Positions 39,906-52,321 of a stretch of 64,000 nucleotides of DNA are shown piece after piece. How positions within the stretch are numbered: the stretch's first letter is position 1; each line of letters opens with the position of its first letter. Position numbers and translations under genes: made by a program. Source of the DNA: Ylistrum balloti (lineage: Eukaryota). The stretch lies in NCBI RefSeq assembly GCF_031769215.1, contig NW_026782635.1, positions 62,001-126,000 on the forward strand, given 5' to 3'. The notes beneath the pieces were generated by a model, which was not told the DNA's origin, did no database searches, and saw only the letters and a list, made by a program, of their open reading frames with translations.

Positions 39906-42418
39906 TAGTATCATATTTCCAATTGAAAACATGGTAAACAACAACGGAACTAACAAGTATCTAACCAGCATCATACTCCACCTTCATATTATACATAGCC
40001 CTGTACAGTAGAGTGATATTTTATATGTGATCAATGTAAGTCTTATCCAGAGAGGTATAATACAGATCTATATTACACGTCACTGTTTGTGTCTTATCCT
40101 ACTGTGTTAATGTGATAAGCACCTGTACAAATGTCGACAATTTGTAGCTCTTGTTACTACCAATAGATACCATAGTTCAAATCTGGTACACTAAACAGAA
40201 TACCAGTGTAAATATTAGTCCAATCTATTTCAATATTACCTTTAAAGCATTGGTATAGAATGATGCCATACCAGGACTGTGTAAGATATTGAACCCTGGC
40301 AAAATATTTCAGTGATATGGCGTTCAGCGCCGAGGCATCATACAGCTTTCCTGATTATTGTAGAGCTTAAGGGTTCATTATGAATCGTAAATGCTGGTAT
40401 ACATATTTTTTATTATATCGGAAACAAGTTTAGTTATTTAATACAGAAATAAAATAAAGCAACAATGTTTATGGACAAAGACAGACAAATCAAGCGGTAT
40501 AGTAGCACTGTGCTCATTCCAGTTCCTTATATCTTTTCCATCAAGGCATCGTTCTTTGCTAAGGCATAAAAGTCTGCTGACGTATGAGTTTGTATAAAGT
40601 GTGCAGTACAGTGTGCTATATGTTCAGGTTAACATGAATGAAAAGAATTTTCCCAGTGATTTTGCATCTGTAAATGCTGATATATTGATCTAGTGGTTTT
40701 GCTTTTTTCCTTCCTGAAATTCCGCGTTTTTCTGACGGTTATTGAGTCGGACGCCAAGCTTCTGCCTTTTTCTCTGATATATGTTGCGTCACAGTCCTTG
40801 CATCCGATTTGTATTCTGCGAAGTTTTCTTTCGGTATTTTATCCTTAAGATGGACAAGGATATAACGGAGAGACTTGTGAGGTTTCATGGCTGATAGACG
40901 GTATCACAAAAGACACACGTTATCGAAACTTAATGTCTTGTATATAGAGTTTGGAGTTCTGTCGGTATGAGCGGTCTTGCTATAGGCGGATGATACCGAA
41001 TGCTTTATAAGTGAATGTATTGACGAAAAGAGAGACACTAAATTGTGTGAAATGAATTCCTGAACGTTTTGGATAAGTACCGCAGTGTTAAACAAGTGTA
41101 GCCGAATTCACTTTAGTATATTGTTACCATCTTGTGTATTTGTGGTCTATAATCTGTTCACCATCTCATCACCGTATTTGCGACCTTTATCTACACAGGA
41201 TTATAGCACAGTCAAAACAAAATGGTGGATCCCTTACTATCTCGTTCACTACGTACGTCTGTGCTAGTAAGCTCCATATTGGTCATTTATCTGATGAAAG
41301 TGACCACGTAGTTATCAAAATGCCACACTCTAATCTTCTACTGGTTGTGTTATAAGAACCTCTATTCTATAGACATTACCAACTTGAATTTTTTTTTTGA
41401 TGAAATTTGTTGTTTTGTTCTCAATAAGATACATATGTAAACAACAATATATAGGATTGTTCAGATCAACATGAAAATATATAAACACAAATAGAGTAAG
41501 GTCACTATCCTTTCTTATTAAACGGCACAAATTTATGTCAAAGGAAATTATTTTGCTGTTTTATGCTATACATTTATTTGAATATTGACTTTGATTCTCT
41601 GCATTTTATAACATACAAATCATTGACGTCAAAGTTGAGGTCACGATATATATACTTTATTAACTAGGCGTCATATGAATATCACGCCATGACCCATATT
41701 TAATGTATCGACTGAACGCTAAGAATAGGAGTCTATTATTTTATCTTTTTTATTTCAAATCGACAAAACTAGTAACAACAAAGACAATACCGACATGTTT
41801 ACAAATTCTGAGTTATAACATTAATTTCTTGAATCTAGGGCAAAGTAAAAATACAGAAAATATTTATGCAGAAACTCCTGCAAAACTACAAATATAATAA
41901 GACCCGTTGCTCTGGTAAGGTAAGTGTGGCAAATAATGTCACAACACGACAGTTAACTTCACAAAGAGATCATTATAACGACCGTGAACTAACCCATCAT
42001 CGTCTGTCTACATCACGAAACTTTGTATGAAATTCACCACTTTTTATGATGATAACCTTGTTACGTCACGAGTAAGGAAACGATGCATGTCTTCTACTGA
42101 CCATGCATCTACCATAATAATCACATGGTGCATATCTTATATTCTAATAGTGACAATTTTCATGAAATGCCTTTCGGCTTGTGATAAAATGTTTGATCTA
42201 AAAATAATAGTTTCACAAGATCTCAAGTATACACTTAAAGTCATTGCTGTTGTGTAATTCAAGGCTAAATTGCACTATCAGTCATGATCAGTTGTCATCT
42301 CAACACGTATTTATATTAAGCTCGAAAATATTTTGAATTTCATTATGATAATAATTTATATATAGATGGCATTCGGATACATAAATTATCTTTTTCATTC
42401 ACTTGGAAAATGTTACGC

Positions 42419-45400
42419 TTACTGAGATACTGTTTTTATGAAATACCATACTCCATCCACGCTCACAAGGCTATTCAATATCAAGGTAGATGTAAGTAAA
42501 GTACATTGATTGTTTGCGACCACAAACATGAAGCTGTCACACCCGGCTGTCCTGCAACAGATCAATCCGCAAGCTCCTTGATTTGGCATTTCTATGTCCA
42601 TGAGAACGGTGAAAAAATCGCCAATGGACCCTAACACTTTTTTCCATTTGTGACAAGTGGCTGTAGAAAAATACATCGATAAATTATCGAGGCATCATAG
42701 ATATTTAGACCTGGTACTAGTATATTGAAAACTTCTGTGTATAAAATATAGTTAAACTTAACCCACTTTATATCTCATTACCAAATATAAAATTGTTTGA
42801 CAACTGCTTATCTATGCTTGTTAAAGATTGGCTACAAATTGTTAACACGTATTCTTCAAGGAATTAGGAATATTGCTCACATCGAGGTCTTATGCCAGAT
42901 AAAAATTGGTCTGCAATATTTCGAATTGTATACAAACGTCTTAGAAGTAATTTTCCTAAATACCAGCCCTTCATCAGCCTTTAAGTAGATCTTATTCTAT
43001 ATTTATATTTATACGTCAGCGACATTGTTATTGTTGTTCATGATAAATGTGGCAGTCAAGTTGACTAAAAGTAATTATGCAAATATATTATAATGACAGT
43101 TTTACCAAGGAAAGCTGAAAGAAAAGATATGATGTCATTACAATGTAATTCGAAAAAGCCGAAATCTCAAAATGAAAACTCACTACAAAGATCTGCAGCT
43201 GGACATCCTTGCACCTCAAGTCTCATCGACAGATAGCCTTGGAAAGTAATGGGTATGATGCGAATGTACTTTGAAATGACATTCCCATCCAGTTCGTTGG
43301 TGACGATTGTTAACCTGTCAAAATTCCCCGGGAAACGCTTCACAGAGGAAAATCAAAGCAATGATTAGTTTATTATTTTTTTTCAAAGATTTGAATTTTT
43401 AAAACTCTGATAAAGTGATTGCTTCATGCATTGAATGATGCTCTAGAAAGTAAAAGTTGTCAGTGATGTATAGTTCTCGTTCAACATGTTGAACCGAACA
43501 CCGAGAAGTGCAATCAACATTTATGTATCTTTTCAGAATTAGATTTCAAAAATATATAGGTAAACGAGTAAAACTGTTGATAAAAACAGAGTTCGAATTT
43601 TATGTTCTGAAATAAAATTAGGATATATGGATTTATGATCGTTTATTTGTTTTACGAGGTAAAAGGGCTTCTGGACATCTTTTTTACGTTTATAGATTTA
43701 ACCTAATCTGTTACAATATCTTTACAATACTTCTTAGCTTTTCATAATTCTGGTCTGTTGCTAATTGCATTTTCGTCGCACAAAAACGGTTGATTTGTAA
43801 TTGGTCGTATTTTTCAAATATTTCGTCATATTTGCAATCAGAGATAAGTGTTTGTAGTTGAACACATTGTTACTTAAAACAAAAAGTACTGAAAGGTTAC
43901 CGTTCCTGCATTTAATGATTTTAAGTGATATTTAAAAAAAAACAGTGGCAAAATGCATTGAAGACTTAGCTGATGCCATTTAAGAAGTAAAGGTAATTTA
44001 GACGCAAAAGTGATTTTTTTTAACAGGAACATATTCATACAAACTCTGATGATCTTTCTACATTTCTATCTAAATTTTCAAATTGCGCAAAATAACATAT
44101 CTTTATGGCGAAAGAAAACCGGAAATAGATGCATGACATCCATTAAAAATTGTCATATCTAAAATTACAAATTAACATTTTCAACTTTTGGAATTGTTGA
44201 AAATTTCATCATTTTGCAATATCACGTTACCTTTTCCAGATCATTAATTGTAACACATTCTACTTATTCAAAATAATGCAATTTGATGGTGTTAACTAAT
44301 GTTTTGATTGATATCTTTACAAAATATTAGTCCTTGTTTCATACTCATGATTCGCTGCACTAAATATATCATATCACAGGCCCCAGAGGCGTTTTTGTAA
44401 CACATTTCCTGGGTTATCATTTTAAGTGTTACAACAATCATTCAGTTAAGTTTAAATTAGTTCATTGGCAAATTTCAATTGTTCCTAAAAAGGCCTTTTG
44501 TCGCATATACATAACAGCACACGAAGTCGATAAGTATTACCTTCACTTCGCCTGTTGTGGAGTTCATTATGTAATTCCAAGTGATTCCATCCAGACTGAT
44601 ATTGACATTGTATGATGACACCCATTGGTTGGAATCTGCCCGACCAAGAGTTTCGATTGCCTTCAGTGTCGAAACTGTCTTAAACTCCACCTTTTTTATG
44701 AATAGAATTGTGGGCCTGTTTAATTGGACTCCAATACACAAGAACGCACCACTTTAAAATAAATAGTAATGATACCATTTTCAATTAATGACCTAGTTGT
44801 TAATGAAGAAACCAAGCCAAGAATGTAAATATATGTATATCTCAATACATGCTGAAATACATTTAGACAGATGCCTAAACATTAAAGATGACATATTTCT
44901 GTAAATGTGTGTGGATTTTGAAGAACTCCAATGAGCGCTTTACTAATCTTAAGCACCTACTTCTAAAATCTCTTTTATAACAACATTTGATTTTCTATCC
45001 TGTACACCACTATTTCATTTCTGGATAGGAATATCCATGCATCCCCAACCTATTATAATCAAATATCACTAGCCTGTTCCCATTATCGCGATTTTCGTGC
45101 AGGAAGTCGTCAGCTGACAAACGAACTTGTAACGCAGAGTTTCAAAAGAAGCAGAACGATGAATATTATTGGGAAGATTTTTGGTCGCCATGATGATCTC
45201 ATTGAGACTTATTCTATTATTCAGCTCGACGTTTTTAATGCTCTTTAGTTTGCTTGTTGGCTCCTTTGTTGTATACCTTGTTTTCATTTGAGAATGTGAC
45301 ATTATTTACTTGGATTGATCGCGATTTACATGGTGGGTGTCGTCGATGAAGCACAAGACACGCACTTTTTTCGGAATACCTGGACTTATTCTCCGTGTAC

Positions 45401-46502
45401 TTTTTCAGACGTCTCCATGTAAATCTCTCATATTTATTCATAGCTAGATATCTTCTCTCCAATTAGATATTGACATTTCTTTCGATTATGTTTGATCTTT
45501 CCAAGTCATCTCATATGGTACACACTTTAAGCTCATAGCATCACTGACGAACCCTAAAAGGACGAAATGTGTGTTTTTGTACAATCTTTTGATGTGATAG
45601 ATGCAATACTTTAAGGCATTTGTTATTTCTAATACCTGATACACAATTATCATGCTGTATTTCTAATTCGTGTTTCGTATTTCTTGTAAATGACGTTCGT
45701 GTTTATCTTAACTGAAGTAGGTTTAAGTCTGTGTTAGGTGTTACGTCTTTCGGGAAAATTGAGTTTTTCACGTAAAAGCCTTTGAGAACATCTCTTAGCT
45801 TTGTAAGATTTAGATGTTACTTCCATAGTTTTAAGCATTTCTTGTAAATTGATTCAGGGTATACATATAACATATGTTTAGAACCTACTGTGTATGGTAA
45901 ACTCTGCTGGTTTTGAAATTTGGTTTTTTTATTTTCTTGTACGGCATGCTTATTTATCCTTGCGAAATTTTCTATAACTTGATTTGTTTTATGTTCAGTA
46001 TTACCTGGATATACTCTCCGCCTATGTGAACATTTCCTGCACACCAGGCACGGCTACTGTTAAATCTAGCCATTTGTGCAGGACAACATTGGAGATATGA
46101 TGACGCTGTTAGCGCATTGTCAGAAATGCCATTTTCTCCTGTTACCAAATCGAGGATACCTTCATCTAAAAGATATTGGTAAACTTCCTTAATCAATATT
46201 CTGTGATAAGGACGTTTTAGTTTTAATCTTTATCAGGTACCGGTGCATGTTGTTATTTCGTTCGTATAGAGATTGCTAAAAAAACATGCCATATTTTCAC
46301 AAATAATGAATTATAAATACTGACAAACGTATTCCATCTCGACGTAACTATTACGAACTTTGCAAATATCAACATTATCATCGTTATAGTGTTTAGCAGA
46401 AATTTGTAACAAATCCAATTCTAATGAAATTGTCAACTTACCACATATAACATGTTGTATCATCATGTACAGAAGACCGAAATGTTGCACCGATTTCTTC
46501 AT
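42419..46502 (-). CDS. Probably secreted F5/8 type C (discoidin) domain plus C-terminal PAN/apple domain protein, 5 exons, 255 aa
   Basis: Exons (minus) 46502-46442, 46165-46005, 44690-44541, 43337-43184, 42660-42419 join in frame with AG/GT ends (768 nt). Signal-peptide-like MKKSVQHFGLLYMMIQHVIC; discoidin motifs ISDNALTASS, ARFNSSRAWCA, EYIQVEF, AIETLGR..QWVSSYNV..SLDGITW, FPGNFD, KYIRIIP, SMRLEVQGC; PAN-like CGLICCRTAGCDSFMF...NQCTL. Confidence 0.88.
44960..45570 (+). mobile_element. 5'-truncated Penelope-like retroelement remnant (RT thumb, 3' segment, degenerate hammerhead) antisense in intron 2 of the discoidin gene
   Basis: Translates FLDRNIHASPTYYNQISLACSHYRDFRAGSRQLTNELVTQSFKRSRTMNIIGKIFGRHDDLIETYS; then catggtgggtgtcgtcgatgaagc...ggaatacctgg (45330-45385); then catca-CTGACGA-accctaaaaggac-GAAA (45539-45567). 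Confidence 0.75.
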
Positions 46503-47551
46503 AGTTCATGTAACCAAATGGCAGCGTCCAGGGTACTCTTTGACCGTTATGATAAAACTGTCCATTATCTTAATAATGTGTTTGTTATTCTCACTAGGTC
46601 TCGCTAAAGATACATATTGAAAGTGTTTATTTAACTTTCATTTGTTTAGTTTAAAGGTAATTGAAGTTTCGGGTTGAAGTGTTTAATGGACTCGAACATT
46701 AGTGTCCAATAAACATTGTTTGGCGATGTTATTTGTTTATTTACACGTCAATGGTAGCGTGTTTCCTTTCCGTTGTAGTTATACGACTCTTTAGTTATAG
46801 ATGCTTATATAATGATATACTTCCATTAATAAAGGTTCGATTTTACTTTACTTTTATTATGTTCAATATTACGTCTCCTATGTTATCTGTATTATGTCAA
46901 TCAAATAGAATATGCCGCTAAAATGTCAACAAAATGTTTGTCAGGAAAAGCCATTTGATAATAATTTATGCGTCATGTAATGACCGGACGAAAATGGCGC
47001 TCAGATTCAATCAAGTTTGCTATATGGAATAAGTTCAAGGTTTATCTTTCATGGAATGACTATGATCTCTTGGTTGATTTTTGTCTCAACTTACAATATA
47101 AATAATATTAGCAAAAAAGCATTAGACATTAAAGCGGGTATGGAAGAGAACACTTCAGCAACACAACACTGTTACGGAATATCGAAACTTCGCGTTCAGA
47201 CAGCAATGCAGGCGAACTATATCACAGAATACACAGAATTAGTTGCATATATCTATCAAGATAACATTTTCCCCATTTGAGTCAATAGATTGTGTTAAAA
47301 GATACATAATATTAATTATAAATTCTCTTCTTTTTTTTTTATATGTATTTTAGTAACTTTGAAATGGGAATTTATGATATAAATGAAAATTAATATACGT
47401 CCGAATGCGCAATATCTTATCATTATGCGTATATTGGTTACAGGTGATTAATATTGATATAAAAAACGAATAATAAATGTACCTACATGTTTATCACATA
47501 ACCGACTCGTTTTCCCATGTCATAAGTCCATGTCATAATAATGGTAATACA

Positions 47552-48966
47552 TGTCACGTAAGCATGTATAGTTTGTCTATAAATGGTAAGTTTTAATTTG
47601 AGTTTGTTTTGCGGTGTAAGGACTCTTAATTGTCCGCACCACTGGGCGGATATACGTCACGGGCTTGACCGGTTGTGCACGAAATGGACACTTGTTTACG
47701 GTCCACAGTTTTGTGAGTTCGTGTAACCGATATGTAAATATAGCTGTTTCCGATATTGTGAACAAGGCACAGACGACAGACTGTGGTAAGTTATGTTTCT
47801 TTCTTCCGTTTCCATATGTTTTTTTTCTGGCATTATTTTATCCATGCCGTCAAATCTATCGGGTCAAGCAATCGAGGTGTCGGTGCGCTCCAATCATGCG
47901 TAACTATTGTTGATACATGTAGTACACTTGTTTTGTGGTGTGTTTCTGCTATATCATTTTAATTTCATACTTCCTATTGATTTCTGGTGTATTTAGATAA
48001 TATAAACATAATAGATTGTTGTGTGTAGAATTATTTAATAAATATAGGGTTCTTGTCCGTTTTAAAATTCTATGGAAGCTCTGAGCTAGAGCTATAGCGT
48101 TAGTTGGAGTGTGTACGCGCACTGGGTAAAAAAGTATGGAAGCCGTGAGACGCCAACTTCTATGAATTGTGCTGAGTCGTGTTTTTATAGCCATTTGGAG
48201 CCGCACACTTATCCCTTTATCTTTATTATATTGATTTACGTATATTTACAATATATTAATGAATATTTATATTATTGATAATTAATTATTAGTTAATTAG
48301 TATGCCAGGTGAGAGTGAATCTGTGTGACTACAGCATTATTTTCCACTATGTATTATTGTAGCTTCACATAACGGACTAGGATTCTCAGCTATCAAGCCA
48401 GGACCAGTCAGCTGTGCCAACTCATTGTGACTCCAGCGTCAGGACCGACCGGATAAGTTCTCTTCGCCAGGGTCAAGGTCAGCATGGAATACATGTGTTG
48501 GGTCGTTACGTAGGCCAGGGTCAGCGACTTGCTTGGAGGCTGAGTCACAGTATATCTACTATTGGGATGGCTGTCGTGTCAAGGACACTAGTGTGTACAT
48601 CCCAGCTTTCCTGTCGTGTCTTGGACACTAGTGAGTTTGCCAATTTGGGCGTTTCAAGCAAGCATGGTGCTGCTTGATGTGTTTATACCTCTTGGCTCTG
48701 GATTGAGCGTGGTTGCAGGTTAGCGACTGTCTTGCACCGGAACTGTACCAGGATCCCATTCGTCGTTGTGTGTGTAGCTACAGACTGTAACTTGTAATAA
48801 TTGTGTTTGTGAATGAGTGAATTAGTGAGTGTGACGTGTGGGTATTATAGGTTTTTTTTATTTAATCTCTTTATTGTCATCATTGTAAATAAACATTTGT
48901 CATTGCAATCAATCTTTTCGGTGTTCATTCCCCGGATCGCTGACCGACGCTCGTTCCACGTTAACA
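47552..48966 (+). mobile_element. Probable solo LTR (Gypsy-like style)
   Basis: Starts tgtcacgt and ends ccacgttaaca (imperfect TG..CA inverted ends); GC-richer interior; AATAAA at 48888-48893 shortly before the end. No clean target-site duplication, so the left boundary is uncertain. Confidence 0.45.
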
Positions 48967-50155
48967 ATAAGACGTCATCAATTTAACTGAAAGTGAAATG
49001 AATTAAAACGATTTGCAAGGTCTATTCTGGTACATTTTGGAAATAGGAATTGTTAACTGTACATGTACAAATAGTAGATAACTATATATCGGTTATCGGC
49101 CGAAATGGCGGTTTAATGCCCTACATCTCAGAGGTGATCCATGACCATACACTTTAAACTACGTGATCCGCGAATATCGCATGCCGGTCACTCCCTGTTT
49201 ATATCGTTCATTAGGGACATGTAAATGCCTACCAGTAATGGATGACCAGAAATACTCAATCATGGACAATTTTACAGAACACACACATTACTTCGTAACC
49301 TGAAATTCATATTATCAAAATCGTTTCTTCAATTTTGGAAACTAAAACAAAAAGTGTTTAGAATTTTAAGTCTTTTTCGAATTTAAAAACTTCTTAACTC
49401 TTCGTTATTATTCATATTTATTGAAGGCAAATTATAGGCAGATTCACATATAACCCTTATCAAAAAATCGTTTTACATCATGCGTTAGATACAGATAATA
49501 ACTTCATTTCAATTTTGTAAATCCAAATTTGTTTGTTCACCTTTGTGATGTAATAATAAATAAGACGTTTTAACTCAATGTTTGAATGGTATGCAACTTT
49601 CTAAGTGAGGCATCAACTACAAGGAAACACGTTTCAAAATGGTCTTTCGAAAGTCAGCGAAGAAACACGCGTTTACGTTCACGCGTATGCTTCGCTACTT
49701 GACTGGTGCGAAATTCAAAAGAATATGATATAAGCAAACATGTGTGCCCATAAGAGGAATTCAAACACCAGTATTTTAGTGGAACATAGATGAGAGTTAT
49801 TGCTCTTTACATACTCAGAATCAGCAATAGCATAGTTTTCCTCGAAATAAGATAGTTCTCATATACAGTTGAAGTAGACCTAGCGAGCAGCGAGGAAATG
49901 GATGTGTTTTTAGCGTTGTTTAACGTCCTCACAACAAGCAGAGGCATATAGAGAGAGGTATCATGAAGAGTTAAATATGACGCTCAGGGAAAAAAGACAG
50001 CAAACAAAGGTAAAATCAACATCCCGATGCTGCATGTCCAGTCTCCTTAATATCCTTTTGGTCCCACTTTCATGAAACAGAAATACGCACGCCCCAATAT
50101 CGGTTAGTTTGATTTTGGGTCATCTAACAAATAATTGATAAAAAGTAAAACTGAG

Positions 50156-50759
50156 AGTAACCTAAACCACATTATATCAACTGAGACACGTATACACAGT
50201 TCTACTTACCGATACCCATGGAAGTTACCTAAACCACATTATATCAACTGAGACACGTATACACAGTTCTACTTACCGATACCCATGGAAGTTACCTAAA
50301 CCACATTATATCAACTGAGACACGTATACACAGCTCTACTTACCGATACCCATGGAAGTTACCTAAACCACATTATATCAACTGAGACACGTATAAACAG
50401 CTCTACTTACCGATACCCATGGAAGTTACCTAAACCACATTATATCAACTGAGACACGTATACACAGCTCTACTTACCGATACCCATGGAAGTTACCTAA
50501 ACCACATTATATCAACTGAGACACGTATACACAGCTCTACTTACCGATACCCATGGAAGTTACCTAAACCACATTATATCAACTGAGACACGTATACACA
50601 GCTCTACTTACCGATACCCATGGAAGTTACCTAAACCACATTATATCAACTGAGACACGTATACACAGCTCTACTTACCGATACCCATGGAAGTTACCTA
50701 AACCACATTATATCAACTGAGACACGTATACACAGCTCTACTTACCGATACCCATGGAA
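50156..50759. repeat. 67-bp tandem repeat, ~9 nearly identical copies
   Basis: cctaaaccacattatatcaactgagacacgtatacacagctctacttaccgatacccatggaagtta at 50161, 50228 and onward. Confidence 0.97.
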
Positions 50760-51919
50760 TCATTTGCCTCAGCAACAAAAGGGGCGATATCACATTGTTC
50801 AAAGTCACTATTAAAAGCGATGTGGGCTACATCATTTGATTAAAATGAAACACGACGAAGAAAAGAAAAGTTCATGACGTATCAGCGATTATTTGATTCG
50901 TACTGAAAATTGTCTGTCACTAAAGATATTGGTTACTTTCATTGTTAACAAATTATCTAAATACCATGTTGAGATCGGGTCAACACCGGGTCTTATTCTA
51001 ATTGAACATTTTCAGGATGTCCCCGTGAAGATCTTTCTTTGTTCAAATTTTGCGTAAGGTTTGTTGAATTTCGAGTTTGGATTGTGATTTTGTTGACATC
51101 TGTTGTTTTGTTTTATCAATTCTGATTTTACAAAAGAACCGACCACGTTTACGTTACTTTGTAGACGTTTCGTATTGTCTTAAGGGCTTGTGGTACATGT
51201 ACCATCGAAAGAAGAAAAGATGCGACGATACCATGGCTTTTGAGGAAATGTTGTCAGATGTTGTTTGAAAAACAAAAGTTAGAATTTAAAAGTTATTTTG
51301 TAGATCCGGGAAACTAATGTGAACATTCATGTCATTCACTAGCTAACTGGTACATAATTTTACAATATAATAAAAAAATAAAAACAAATGGTGGGTGAGT
51401 CAGTATATTAGAAAAAAAAATATGTATACAGGGGAAACAGTTGAAGTAAGAACATAGTCTGATCATTGAGCTAAAGATAACTGGTCTATTTTTGTGGTAG
51501 GCTACTGATACGAAGACAATAGTATGTCTCTAGAAGATAACAGGCTTACGTTCGTCCAGCATTGGCAGTCCGTAGATTTCTACCTCCGGTCATTGTGATC
51601 GATCTATCCGACACGCACGGAGCTTCACTGTGATATGTACGGAGCTGAACTGTAGCGCAGTGTTAAATATTTATCATAACGTGTTAAAGGTTCCGCAAAT
51701 CTGTCTTTTAAATGGAAGCACTTTACTAAAACAAAAACTCTTTTCTATCATTAGACACTAAAATGATCGTGAGAAATGTGAAGATAATGTAAGTGAACTT
51801 AAAGTAGACCTGTATTTAAAGGTTATACTATCGAGAATATCGGATATTTTCTCGTGCGTGATGCTCGTAAGTTTCCCTGTTAGTTCCCTTGCTTTATACC
51901 TATAATGTAGTTCTCATTT

Positions 51920-52140
51920 GAGAACGTGACATTACTTACTTGGATTTACCCAGGTTTATGTGTCGCCGATGAAGCAGAAGATACTTACTCGTCCGGAACA
52001 CCTGTCCTTATTCTCCCTGTATTTTGCAGAAGTCTCTGTGTAAATAATCTTACTTTTAACCATGATTTGTCCTATTTGGTTTTAGATTTGAGCTTGGCTT
52101 ATGATTATGTTGACATGTTGGAATTTTCTTTTGTCTTTTA
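51920..52140 (+). mobile_element. Penelope-like 3' segment
   Basis: gtgtcgccgatgaagcagaagatacttactcgtccggaacacctgtccttattctcc...ttatgattatgttgacatgttgg matches 300-485 and 45330-45400. Confidence 0.7.
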
Positions 52141-52186
52141 ATACAAATTCATGAGACGATACAGTAGAAACAGACAGTGAATTAAA

Positions 52187-52321
52187 CTACATCGTACAGC
52201 CGTTTCGTCCTTCTAGAACTCGTCAGTGATGCTACATCATACAGCCGTTTCGTCCTTCTAGAACTCATCAGTGATGCTACATCATACAGCCGTTTCGTCC
52301 TTCTAGGACTCGTCGGTGATG
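52187..52321 (-). ncRNA. Three tandem 45-nt minimal type-I hammerhead ribozyme motifs
   Basis: Middle unit on the minus strand: CAUCA-CUGAUGA-GUUC uagaa GGAC-GAAA-CGGCUG-UA-UGAUG, i.e. stem I CAUCA/UGAUG, CUGANGA and GAAA cores, 4-bp stem II, near-palindromic ACGGCUGU stem III, GUA cleavage triplet. Confidence 0.88.
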
